From the NCBI GenBank assembly GCA_047495785.1, contig JBLDXI010000013.1, positions 2,604,001 through 2,668,000 of the forward strand: a stretch of DNA of 64,000 bases. The letters run 5' to 3'. Positions 1-12,600 of this stretch are shown here, piece by piece; positions within the stretch are counted from its first letter, which is position 1; every line of letters begins with the position of its first letter. This DNA is from Lepidodermella squamata. Its lineage: Eukaryota > Animalia > Gastrotricha. The notes below the pieces were generated by a model, which did no database searches, was not told where the DNA came from, and saw only the letters and a list, made by a program, of their open reading frames with translations. The translations under genes and the position numbers were made by a program.

Positions 1-124
1 ATCGTCCCGATTCTCTTCACATGGCTATATTAGGCAACTTTGAAGGCTGACGACAACAAAAGCAGGCGTTGAGATGGGTTTCTTTGATAGATACATTACT
101 TGATATGCGTGAATAACGAGCTTT

Positions 125-1311
<1,187 letters not shown>

Positions 1312-3173
1312 CAGAAATTAAATAACTATAAAACGGGATATTGTTAGAATTTATCAGAATGTGTTCGCCGTCACAACTGCAAACGCGAGTGATTAAAAAG
1401 CCTAAATTATCTAGCAATGGAAGTCAAATGATAACCTATTGAATACATCATGACTTGATGGTGGCATAGACAGATGAAATCAACTATGAACTATGAATAA
1501 ATATTAACTATGGGCCTCCTTCAATAACTCAAGGCTACGGGGTTTACGATTGTCATCGGAAAATTCCTTAAATTTCTCAGAGTGTAGAATACAGAATTAA
1601 TAACAACGATGACCAAGGCGAAGTCGAAATAATGCAGCCAACATCGACACCCAAGATTGCACATTGATCGTGGATCGTTTAGATAATGCTTGTTCTTAAT
1701 TTACAATTTGTTATAAGTTTCAAGCAGGATAATACCAATAATTGACAAGTTCCTTAAATTCTGGAGATAATCTCGCATATCGCATATCACCCCTCTACCT
1801 TCCTTACTGAAGAAGGTGTAAGCATCAGGCCTCGAGCTGAAATCTGAAATCATAGTTCACAATGGCTGTTAGCTTAATGAATCATAAAGCCAGATCGTAA
1901 CCTTTAATTAGAAACGAACTTGGATACTAGAAAAGAGGTATTGACGGTTAGAAGAACCACAAAAAAGTCTCCAAGTTTAGGTCAATTCATTAATCAGCCT
2001 TATTTTATGTCGCTCTGTGAAGTAGTAACCTTTGGAACTCATCCTTTTTCGCGAGATTTTTTGCACTTTTTACCATTCAGCCTTGACGTAAAAACTCAGA
2101 TTTAAATAGTTTGATCAAATAATTAATTGAATACGAGAAAATGTTATTTGTTATAAAAAGCGTCCTTAGCAAAGGTGTGAAGCCCTTTCGGCTACCACGA
2201 GTTTCACGGTTTCCACTTTTGTCGGCCAGTAAACAGTCAAATTTCGGGGGACAGACCTGCTACGAAACGAACATAGTGTGGAAAATGTGCGACTTTAATG
2301 ATGCATAATTTCGGGAGCTGTGTTGTGGGCTTGTAGTGGCACTGCATCTAATATCAGACCATCTAAAACGCGCTCATCGAATTGTTGTGACATCCTTGTT
2401 GAAGTCACCATTCAAGTCGCATGAAAAAAGAAAGAGCAAACTGGAATCGGGGTAGTAATCTGTAAGCCCGACGCATTGTCTATTGATTTACGAACTGATA
2501 TAGGATTTTTTTTGGAACTTACTACTTGATATGGTTCAAATCCTGAAAGTTATGCCTAAGTATGTTGGGAAGTAGCATCCATATAACAAATCAAAATGCT
2601 TTATTTTTCATGCTATCTTAGAAACTGACGCCGTGATATTTTTGCAATAAACCGCGCCCCGTTATATTTCCGAATCCATTGTGCAGCTTGGTGTATGAAA
2701 ACAGGAGAACTTTGCTTATTTTCGGGTCTTTAAACTTGTTCTTATTGCCGCAACGTTCTGCTTCTACTGCTTCTGCGATGCCAGCGTTACAGTGAATGGG
2801 ATCGCTTACGACTGGCATAAGCTATTGGCATGACTTCGAGACGCTATACATTACAATAACGAAGCTTGACGTTATGTTTGATTCCTGAGTATCTCTAGCG
2901 CCCAGAGATCTATCGCGCCGTTAGAGAATCTAAGAAGGTGGAGATTTGACGTATTAGGGTCTTGCTATAATTTAGCAAGAAAATTAACCATTGTAACAAA
3001 ACCGCTGTTGTCACAATATTGCACAATATGTCACAATCTATATCAAGTTTATATCAAGTTTATAGCGTAGATTGCTGCATGGAAGAGAGCCGCCGCAAGT
3101 ACCTGATGAATGTAAAATGTATACTTATAGGTTGTGTGCATTAAGTACGTTATTTTAAATTGATTCGAAAACA

Positions 3174-4295
3174 ATGGAGTTGCGGAAAAGTGAGGCTATA
3201 CTAGGTTAGCACTTTTTAATCAAATATTTCAAATGCTGAGAGGATTTTTTACTCACATGAACTATAGAGAAGTCAACGACGCGGTCTTTCATGGTTTCAC
3301 TGTTCTCGAGGATGATACAGCAGCAATCCTCGCCGGCTGATATTATCCAGCTAATTAATGAAACGTTCGTTCTTAGTTCAAGCCATAGGCTTCATGCTTT
3401 GAAATAATAAAAATATGCATGTTATTTCAGGATGGAAGTTACGGATGTTGGTCACTCAACAGTCTCGCCATCAGTTGCAGTAGATCGAGCTGTGCGCATC
3501 CTTATCGTTACTCACTGGGCGCGACCGACGTTTACCAGCGACATCTCCGCTGCTTACAAGCTCTTGTTGCATCATGCGAAAGGTATGGCTGGGTCGGCAA
3601 ATAATCAGCAACGAGGTATAGAGAGAATTCTCTCCTGGAATTTAATCAATGGTTACATTTGATTCATGAAAACAGGTTCGTTGTCTCCCGGTCTTGATGG
3701 TGCCTTGTTCAACTTCGTCACAGAAAAATTGATCGAGTAAGCCTTTTTTGCAAATGTTTTACAATACGTTAATGCATATATGATCAGGTCCTTCTTCCTC
3801 AATGGGAGCATTTCTTCTTATATTGTTCAACGAGTATCACGCCGCCCAACGGATGCTGTGTCATTTCCCAGCTTTCACAGTGCAATTTTAGCCTGCCAAA
3901 TCGCTAAAGGTTTCTCTTGGTTTCCTCATTATGAATTTTTCGAAATAATATTTTCTTTACCTAAGATATCGCAGCGCTTTCTGTCAAGCTTTATAATGGC
4001 ATTCAAGATCGAAAATTGAACGCTAAGGTGCTGACTGATCAGCTTCGCCATGCTGCCAAGGCCATGACATCAATCACTAGCATGCCTCTGCAGTTGTCAC
4101 AGTCATCCTCTAATCCCTCGCTGAGTTACTCTCGAACACCAGATTTGGGTTATATTACTCGAAATACAAGTTACGCAAGGTAACTCTTCTCTTATACGTT
4201 ACAGTTGCAATCAGTCAAAATTCGTATTGAAGTGTTTTGTCAGATTGCTTAGTCGCTTTCAGGCCATCCAAAATCATGTCTATCAATGGTATTAA
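3174..4295 (+). CDS. Uncharacterised 7-exon protein (~242 aa). Exons 3174-3204, 3268-3364, 3431-3582, 3676-3736, 3788-3909, 3966-4179, 4244-4295
   Basis: Six GT-AG introns join into one 729-nt open frame (MELRKSEAIL...RLLSRFQAIQNHVYQWY*). No family motif recognised; the start may lie further upstream. Confidence 0.65.
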
Positions 4296-4653
4296 CACGG
4301 AGAGAATTAATATCAGGCCCATATCTTCTCGTGCTAATGAAGGAGACAAAACTCAACAAGGTCCCATTAATCCGGATCCAAACAAGCAGCCTCAAAATGC
4401 GCAGGAATTCGCTATTAATATATTGGACACGTTCTTTATTCTTCACTAGTTATTTGAAAAATCGTTCACTTTCAGCTCGATGATCTCAATAAACAGAAAT
4501 GAAAAGAACATGAATTGGCTGGCATTTAAAAAATGATGTTGCATTAACATTTTATTTCGATTCAATATTTATCTGCACAGGTATTCCATAGCACCCAGTG
4601 TTTGAAGCGCCAACTAAGAGCACATTTTGAGCTTTTTGCTACCAAGCTTCTGC

Positions 4654-5188
4654 TTATCGAGGCAGCTCTCCCTCGCGCTCTGGAGGCGGAACTGGCCTCA
4701 AATCTTTCGTGGTGGACGCTCTTGGCCTGAAAAATCAAGATCAAAATCAAGATGATGCATACAAATATAATATAAAAATGCAAATATTACGTTGGTCGGA
4801 ATTGATGCCAGTCGTCGTTGAGAATATCGCCAAGAGTTTTCCAATTTGGCCCATGGCTTCGAGTCACACGTTTAACATGATCTGCAGTTGACTGTGCGAG
4901 TAGCTCATCTCTAATTACTGAGTCCCCAAGTGCCACGGCTTTCGCATCGTGCACGACCGGCAGTGAATGCTCGTAAGGGTGTTCGGGTTCGGGATGCCAG
5001 CAAAGAAAGGCGGCAGATTTGTTCTGAGGTGGAAAGCGGATAACAATGTTTTCGTTCCTTCTAGCTTTCAATTCTGGCTTTGAATCCACAGACGGGGATT
5101 CACTGGTCGCGGTTTTCGAGCGAGCTGCAGATAACCATCTTGAAGTATACCAAGCTAAAGCACGATTCAATTTCCGAGTGTTCAACAT
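4654..5188 (-). CDS. MRPL42: Mitochondrial ribosomal protein mL42/S32-like. Exons 5188-4791, 4726-4654
   Basis: CWHPEPEHPYEHSLPV resembles the MRPL42 CYHP...PYEHTKP motif; basic N-terminal presequence-like segment; 64-bp intron gives the C-terminus ...PVPPPEREGELPR*. Confidence 0.75.
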
Positions 5189-5298
5189 CTACCAACAACA
5201 AAAATTTATTGAGAATATTTTGCAACAGAACAATTAAATAGCCCATTTGGCGTGGGTATCACAAAACAAGTGAGTGAGTAAAAAGTGAGATTGAGCAA

Positions 5299-6189
5299 TT
5301 AATTATCGTTTTCTTTGGGGTCTATATCATAGTTATTTTCTGGCACCGTAAATAGCCCAGCATTAGGGTTTCTCGGCGTTCGCATTTGATTCAAAACTGC
5401 TTCAACGCGGTCACGAGATCTTTCGACAATTGCATCTTTGGTAGCCTCCATCATGTCAAATGGATCGGTGGAAATTTTCGAAGAACCAGAAGGATTTTCA
5501 GTTTTTGATTTTAATTTTTCCTCAGCGTCATCATCGGAGTCGTCGTTGTAATCGTCGCCATCCAAATGCAGAAGCTTGGGCAATTTCTCCAACAAAATTT
5601 GTTGATAAGTATCAGGCTTGCAAACGCTGTTACCACGAAGGTCCAATATGACTAAGCTGCTTGGAAAAGGAAGATTTCTCAAGTCAATCTCATCGATATT
5701 GTTATGCGATAAATCTAATAATCCAAGTTTCCGTAGCGAAAGTAGACATGGGGATGAATCTTTCAAATCTGATAATTTGTTGTGCGATAGACTTAAAACA
5801 CGCAAGGTATTTGACAGAACTTCCAAGCCCTCAACTTTTTCTAGGGCATTCCATTGCAGATGAAGATTCGATAAAACTGAAGGATAAAATCGCCGCACAG
5901 GTGGAACGGTGATCAAAGATTTCGATAAAGTTGGGCATTGGCCATCTCCATGGGCTATCACGCGTCCAAATATTAGGGCGATGCCCAACGTTGATGTCAA
6001 ATTTTCCCGGTCAAGCCTCAAATGAGACAATGATGAAAATACTTTAATTCCACAACGGCACGTTCCGGACGATTCAAAGGCTTCATTGTTGGCCACTATC
6101 GAATCTTTTTGCAAGCGCTTTTTCAGTAGCTTCATTCCGTCCAAATATGCTTTCAGCAACTCCTCCTCGTTCGACTTATTGCGGGCCAT
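5299..6189 (-). CDS. LRRC46: Leucine-rich repeat protein, LRRC46-like
   Basis: LRLDRENL, LHLQWNALEKVEGL, LSLSHNKL, LDLSHNNI, FPSSLVILDLRGNSV and LPKLLHLDG (LRR cap) follow the LRRC46 pattern; ATG at 6189. Confidence 0.75.
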   Translation of the reverse strand: MARNKSNEEELLKAYLDGMKLLKKRLQKDSIVANNEAFESSGTCRCGIKVFSSLSHLRLDRENLTSTLGIALIFGRVIAHGDGQCPTLSKSLITVPPVRRFYPSVLSNLHLQWNALEKVEGLEVLSNTLRVLSLSHNKLSDLKDSSPCLLSLRKLGLLDLSHNNIDEIDLRNLPFPSSLVILDLRGNSVCKPDTYQQILLEKLPKLLHLDGDDYNDDSDDDAEEKLKSKTENPSGSSKISTDPFDMMEATKDAIVERSRDRVEAVLNQMRTPRNPNAGLFTVPENNYDIDPKENDN

Positions 6190-7541
6190 TAAAAACACTA
6201 GACGATAGAAAAAATTTGCACGAAGCAATGATTGTTGAGAAATATAGCATATTTTGCATGAAGCATTTTCTTACACTGTACAAAATCTCTGGCTATATAG
6301 CCTCTAAAATGCTCACGTATTTACCCGCCATAGAACCGCATAATTAGTCCAAAAACAATTAAAAACAGCTGTGTTTCAAGATAAATAGACACAGAGCTAA
6401 ATACCAACGTCTACATAGCCAGAGATTTGTTACAGTGTACGTAAAGAAGATCATACCTTAATTCAAGTCAACAATTCAAGCCAACGACAATTTTTTACTA
6501 ACTAATTCAAGACTCCTCCAATTTTGCATTGGATCAAAGTGCATCATCTGAATGTTAATGTTGATATTGACTGCTAAACTAGGACCCGTAAAATTGCGAT
6601 AAAAGAGAAGGGCGATGCGCAAAGGACACTTCATCGAGTCGGTTGTACTCTGATATGTGCCCATAAGCCATAAGGTGAAAGTCAAGGCTAGGCTCAGATG
6701 TTACTTAGGATCAAGAATCTGGCTAGGAGCCGAACCTGGCGGTTAGATTGCCCATGGCTTTGATAAAAAATCCTGACAAACTATTTCTTAATGCTCGAAA
6801 TTCTCAGAGGAACCAACACCTAAATCGTCATTCGTCATCCCCAGTCAGGCCTAACAGGCCTTAGTCAGGGGCTTTCAACAGAACGACTGAGCAGCGAGTA
6901 AGGTCCTCTGGGATGCTTGTTTGACCAGCCAATACGCTGATCATACCGTTGAGCCGTTCGCGGCGACAGAATTGTTAGTACCCTCCCTTACCCTACAGCT
7001 TAGGAAGCACATCAGCCATCAGAGAGCCCATGGCAAACTAACATTTCAACCTCAGCAAACTAAAACGTCGGCGTGGTTACAGATGACGGCGGTCAAGGTT
7101 AGGCCATGATTTTTTTGTATATATTTTTTCAAGTAGCGAACATATTCACTTAACTTATTTGAGCGGCGGAAATCATAGTTAGCCATGAAATATGCAAGAA
7201 ATGACGATGAGAACGAAATCAATGTTTTTGAAGGCGAGTTCCTTTGGCGCGGGGTTGGTGTGGAATTTGTGAGTCACGAAGTGCAAATGAGACTTGGCAA
7301 TAGGTCTTAGGAATCTCCGAATAGGAGTGGCTGTTGTCTGTGGTCGAAAACTTGCTGCTATAGTTAACTGAATAGCATAAGCTAAGAAGCAAGAACTGCA
7401 TTAGCTAAAGAGTTGATAGATCTTCAGTCAAAAATTCTAGACTATCAAATGTTTCATATCTCAGGCAAACGTTAACCCATGCCCATTCGTTTTTTTTTGT
7501 CTCTAGATTTTTCCGCTAAATTTGATTATCAAATCCACTAA

Positions 7542-8519
7542 ATGGCTTCAAACGGAGGTGGCAAGCAGTTCAAATGCAAGATGGTATTGCTTGGAGAAAT
7601 GGCAGTGGGAAAGTCTAGCCTTGTGATGCGTTTCGCTCGCGGTCAGTTTCGCGATTACCATGAGCCAACGATTGGTGCGGCGTTCGTAACTCAAACTGTG
7701 CAGTTGCCTGACGGAGCAAGTGTAAAATTTGAGGTATTTATGCTTCATTTTTGGATTGACGGCACAGACTTGCGTGCTTTTAGATCTGGGATACGGCTGG
7801 ACAAGAGCGTTATCATGCCTTGGCTCCCATGTACTACCGTGGAGCGCACGCTGCGCTGGTGGTTTACGATGTTACAAACGCAGAATCATTTGACAGGGCA
7901 AAAGCTTGGGTAGCTGAGCTGCAGAAGCAAGCATCCGCTGATGTTGTTGTAGCCCTGACCGGAAACAAAGTTGATCTCGCCGCCACAAATCGCGCGGTAA
8001 ATCCAGAAGAAGCACAGGCTTATGCCGAACAGAATGGTCTGCTCTTCATGGAAACTTCGGCTCGCACTGGACTGAACGTCCCGGAGCTATTTCTCGCTGT
8101 CGGTAAGTAGACTCCATCATTTATATATATTGATGTAAAAGTGACAAGGTGAACGACTGGCTGAATTATTGTCTAACCCGTCCGAATCTACTAATGGCTT
8201 CGGTGTCGCCGCTCTAGTGTCTAGTCCGGCTAAGAAAGGATGCTGCTAGTGTAATAATCTTGCATTGATGCTTGCATTATCGCTTAGCTAAATTACGAAT
8301 CACCCAATATATGACTATTTGATTCCGCGCTCAAATTACACTTGACAATTTCTGAGCAATGTTGTTTTTTTTGCAGCTCAACGTCTTCGTATGGCTCTTA
8401 GTCTAACAGCTGATCAACATCAACAAAGAAGTGGAATGCAGTTGTCATCAAACACGGATAACGGCCCGAAACGTTCTTGTTGTGGGGGTTCAGTTGACGA
8501 CACGCCCGAGAATCGTTGA
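7542..8519 (+). CDS. Rab5: Rab5-family GTPase, paralogue 2. Exons 7542-7733, 7784-8102, then alternative last exon 8149-8249 (ends KKGCC*) or 8377-8519 (ends [16 protein letters not shown])
   Basis: [46 protein letters not shown] and ETSAR motifs; two intron positions are shared with paralogue 1. Confidence 0.9.
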
Positions 8520-9617
8520 TGACGGACGTTTACTGTTTTTTATATTCCAGTTAGTGAATGTTTGTGTTTTTCTTCATTATTTTCGCCGCCAGTCGAAATG
8601 AACAATGCTTTCTGAATTCTTGTATATACGCTAGTGCATTAAAGATATTTAACTTGACGAAATTTTTTGACTGAAGATGAGCATGACTATTCCAACTGCT
8701 GGCTTTGTCGAAGCCTTAAATCTTATACCGATGCTGTAGTTAGTATAACAGATCGTCTGACTGTTTGTATTTTGATTGTATCTGAAGTAAACACATGGTA
8801 TTTGTTCGATATAGTATAATCTGTCAAGTTTTGGAACCCGTTTCGCTTACTTCAGATCTACTTCCAATGGTACTCCTATTCTGGTCGATACTGGTGCCCA
8901 GACATGCATCTGTACTAGTGTGCGTGTGCTTCGCGTTACTCCTTGAGTTTATTTGAGAATTTTTCACAATATCCAATCACGGCCCCAATCTATTTTATAA
9001 CTGAAAGCCCCCGACTCTCACGTAACGTCTATGGACGAATGTATTTAATTCGACGACTCCACATGCTTTTCGAAACAGGACTTGAAATTTTTGTTGTTCG
9101 TTTTTTGATACGGAGCTGCGTAAATGAATAAAACAAGTTACGAAGCGTCAAAAATGTCGATTTATTTACAGATCGAATTACTTCACTGGAAAATCACCTT
9201 CATCTCAAGTCACACGGTTTCATCATTGACAAACGAAAATCGCAATGATAAAAGAAACAGAATACTCGTACTACACAAGAAGAGGGCAAAGAAAAAGCAA
9301 GTCGGGCACCGATGTTACTTTAAAAAATTCAAATCGCTAGGATTATAATATCTACACGAGAAAAACTATTCTGGGTGAATAGCAAAATTATGTAAAAATC
9401 AATAAACAAAGACGAGAAATTGATACCTGCCATCGGCTAATAAAAATGGGACTTCACCTCAACGAAATGCATCATAAGCGGTTGACAAGCTTAAAAAATT
9501 GTTGGGCGGTAAACATTTATTGAGCAGAGAAATCATTCCGGTTCAGGATCCCACGTAGATTTACAAGTCAACAAGAGAAACAATAATTTTCCGCAATAAT
9601 AATAATAATTATAATAA

Positions 9618-12600
9618 TCAATTGAGATACTTTCTGCAACGACGAGCACCGCAATAACAGGGTATTTTAGAAGCAGCATCCTCCAACGGGAATTTGTAGT
9701 CGTAGGTCAGTTCCTCGCCGGCGGCGATAGGCCGGATCGCGAAAATAACAATGTGTTTGAGCCCTTCGTAACCAACTACGACTCGCGAGTAGCAATTTGG
9801 CTCGCAGCAGTGGTTGATAAACCGACCAGCGTTGCCTGACCGAGTCGCGTCGATGACGGTGGTGTCGTCGAGCCGGAACATGTAACAACCTATGCCCTGG
9901 CGTTCGTAGAAGCGTTCGCGCTGGTCAGTTAAGGTGGCTCGGATGATTTCGCCCGCGTACTCGATGATCATTTCCTGAGCTTCGAAGTCACGCAAGGCAT
10001 AAAGGCCACGGGCGTGGATGGTGGACCGGAAAACACCGACGTCGAATCGCGCCGTTTCCTTCAAGTAGCGCAAACGTGTGGGCAGGGGTAGGTCGAACAT
10101 AGTCGTGGGCCTTCGCATGGCTTTGTGAGGCCTTGACGCCTCCCAAGAAACCATTCCATTTGAAGAACCAATCGCGACCGATGATTGCTCCTAGAATTTG
10201 AACCTCAGTATAACGTAAAATATGAAAAAAACAGCAACAAACCTGCTCCGTCTCAGTTACGCCGCGCACTTTCGGCTTACGGTAGTTCGACATGAGGAAT
10301 GAAAAGACGTCGCGATGTCGCTTTTGACCCGGACACCAGCTGCTGACGTATGGCTGGGCGCGGGCACAGCCAGCCGGGTTCGGCACAGTTCTCTCGTAGC
10401 GCGCGAATCGGAATGAATAAGCAGTGGTTTCTTCATCGGCGCCGGGTAGCTGCTCAATCAAGGCTATCACCGAATTGTGCGTCAGACCGAGTAAAGAAAG
10501 ACCAGATAACGTATCGTAACTGAGCTGGGGAAAACCTCGGCTTTTACGAGCATTTGAAAGACGAGAAAACAACACCCGCCAAGCATCTGATACAAAAATA
10601 AAATATAATAAAATCCAGCTAAATAATTTTTTATGTTACCTTGCCACGTGAAACCTCGAATTTTCCACGCTGGCTCCGCTTGTTCAGAATTCGAGGTTTG
10701 AGACGGCGTGATTTCGAAGACTAAATATCGTTGCTGCCTATGATCGGCGTCATTTGAGTTTTGTTTAACGCTCGGTAGAGATTCAGTCACGACTCGATTG
10801 ACGATTTCCGCAAAGGCCAACTCGGTTGTGGGCAAGCAGGCTTTCAGCGGTGATTTCGGCAATAATGTCAATAAAGAAAGCGGAGTTCTAGGCCGTTTCG
10901 GCGCTGTCACGACAACAACTTGCTTCTTCGCTTCTTTAGCTTTCACCTTCTTCGGCAAATCACCCAAGAAAATCGAATCAGCAAGGCCGTCACGTTTCTC
11001 CAGCGGCTCTTTCCGCTTCTTCGCTTTGACCCTCCGATCTTTTTCAGCAGGTTCAGTCAACTTGCAGTCGACAGATGGATGTGGATCTGCCGATTTCTCA
11101 ACCATTGGAGATTTTTTCGGCGATGGTGCTTTCGAACTGGCGGGGCTGGGATTCACCTCCTGGAACCGCACTTTAGGAGGACTGGTCATATTCGAAAACG
11201 CCTTGTTTGGACTAGGCGAGATACTTGTTAACGAAGTCTGACGCGGTATGCTAGATTTCAGATTCGAAACGGGAGAAATCGGCGGAAGGGCAACGTTCAA
11301 AAATGGAGGAGAAGCGACCTTCATAGGTTTCGGTGGTGATTGAAGCGGGACATTTGCTGTCATCGGGGCCGGCGCAGAAATTCTACCTGGCATGCGGATA
11401 GCTGGATGTAGGGCTGACATGTTGATTCTCTGCGTAGGCGGCGAACCGGGGCTGAAAACGGGCGGGGGTGCTGCGACCAACCGATGTTGAGGTTGGGCGA
11501 TGACACCAGGAATCGGCGCGATACCCGGTCTCATAATCGCTGGTCTCAGCGTGAAAACCCTGGTACCACCGACTTGAGTACCACCAACGGGTTGTAGCCT
11601 AGCGATCGGAATCACCCGGCCAGCCTGGTTATTTGCCGGGTTACTCGGGCGATGAACAATTTGGATGACTGAAATCGGGTTTTTATTCAGCTGGGTCAAC
11701 TGCTGTTGATTTATCACAGTAACAGGGAGCGGCAATTGCTGCAAAACCTGCCGGACTGGTTTTGGCTCTTCCGACGCTCGTTTCTCGGCCTCGAATGATT
11801 CAGTTGCCTGACGAATAATTTCCGCATGCTTGTTCGCCCGCGCTCCAAACCGGGGAGCCGGGAAAAGCGACACTGGGAATAAATCCATTTCGGGCAGCCT
11901 AACGTTATTTTGCTTGTGATTGTGATTCAAAATGATCGGCACAGCTCCACTGCTGGGACTGGCAGCCCCAACCACAGGCGCAGGCCCGCTAGGCGGCAAC
12001 CACGGAGTTACCCGAAGTTTGTACTTCTTTCGCATGGTAGATGCGTAGAATTCACTCGAGGCTGAAGTTGGAACCCGCTTACCGGCTATTCCAGCCGCGG
12101 TCCGCATCAACTGAAGGGTGGTTGAAGTAGGCGTGGAATACCGAGGCAATAGCGATGAATCATGCCGCAAGAAGTCGCCGTCTTGAAAGGCAACCCTCGA
12201 CACCATGAAGTCAACGATAGGCACAACCTCAGAATCTGGCTCCGGGTCGAATGTCGCCACCGAGTTGACTGGCAAAGTTAACACCATCCGATTCACAGCA
12301 GGGATCTGCGGACCAGGTGCTTCTTTGACGGGAGATTGTTCCGGGGCAGGGATATTCGGCCGAACAACCCGAGGCGGCGATGGCAATTTGAAAGGCGAAG
12401 GAGCGGTGGGTTTATTATGAGCGAATGGAACAGCTCGGCTCAGCGCATTCTTCGGCGGCGACGACTGCGTCACGTCAGTCGAACTTTGAACCGCCCGCAT
12501 CAACGCTGGTGTGTTTGTTTCTCGCGGCGATACATCGATCAATCGTCTGACACGACTCATCACCCCAGGGTCGGTTAATTTCGAAGGAGATGGTGAGACT

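Noticed and set aside
4237-4449. 70-aa ORF as last exon of the orphan gene
   Set aside because: The preceding exon ends in phase 2, which selects the frame ending at TAA 4293-4295.
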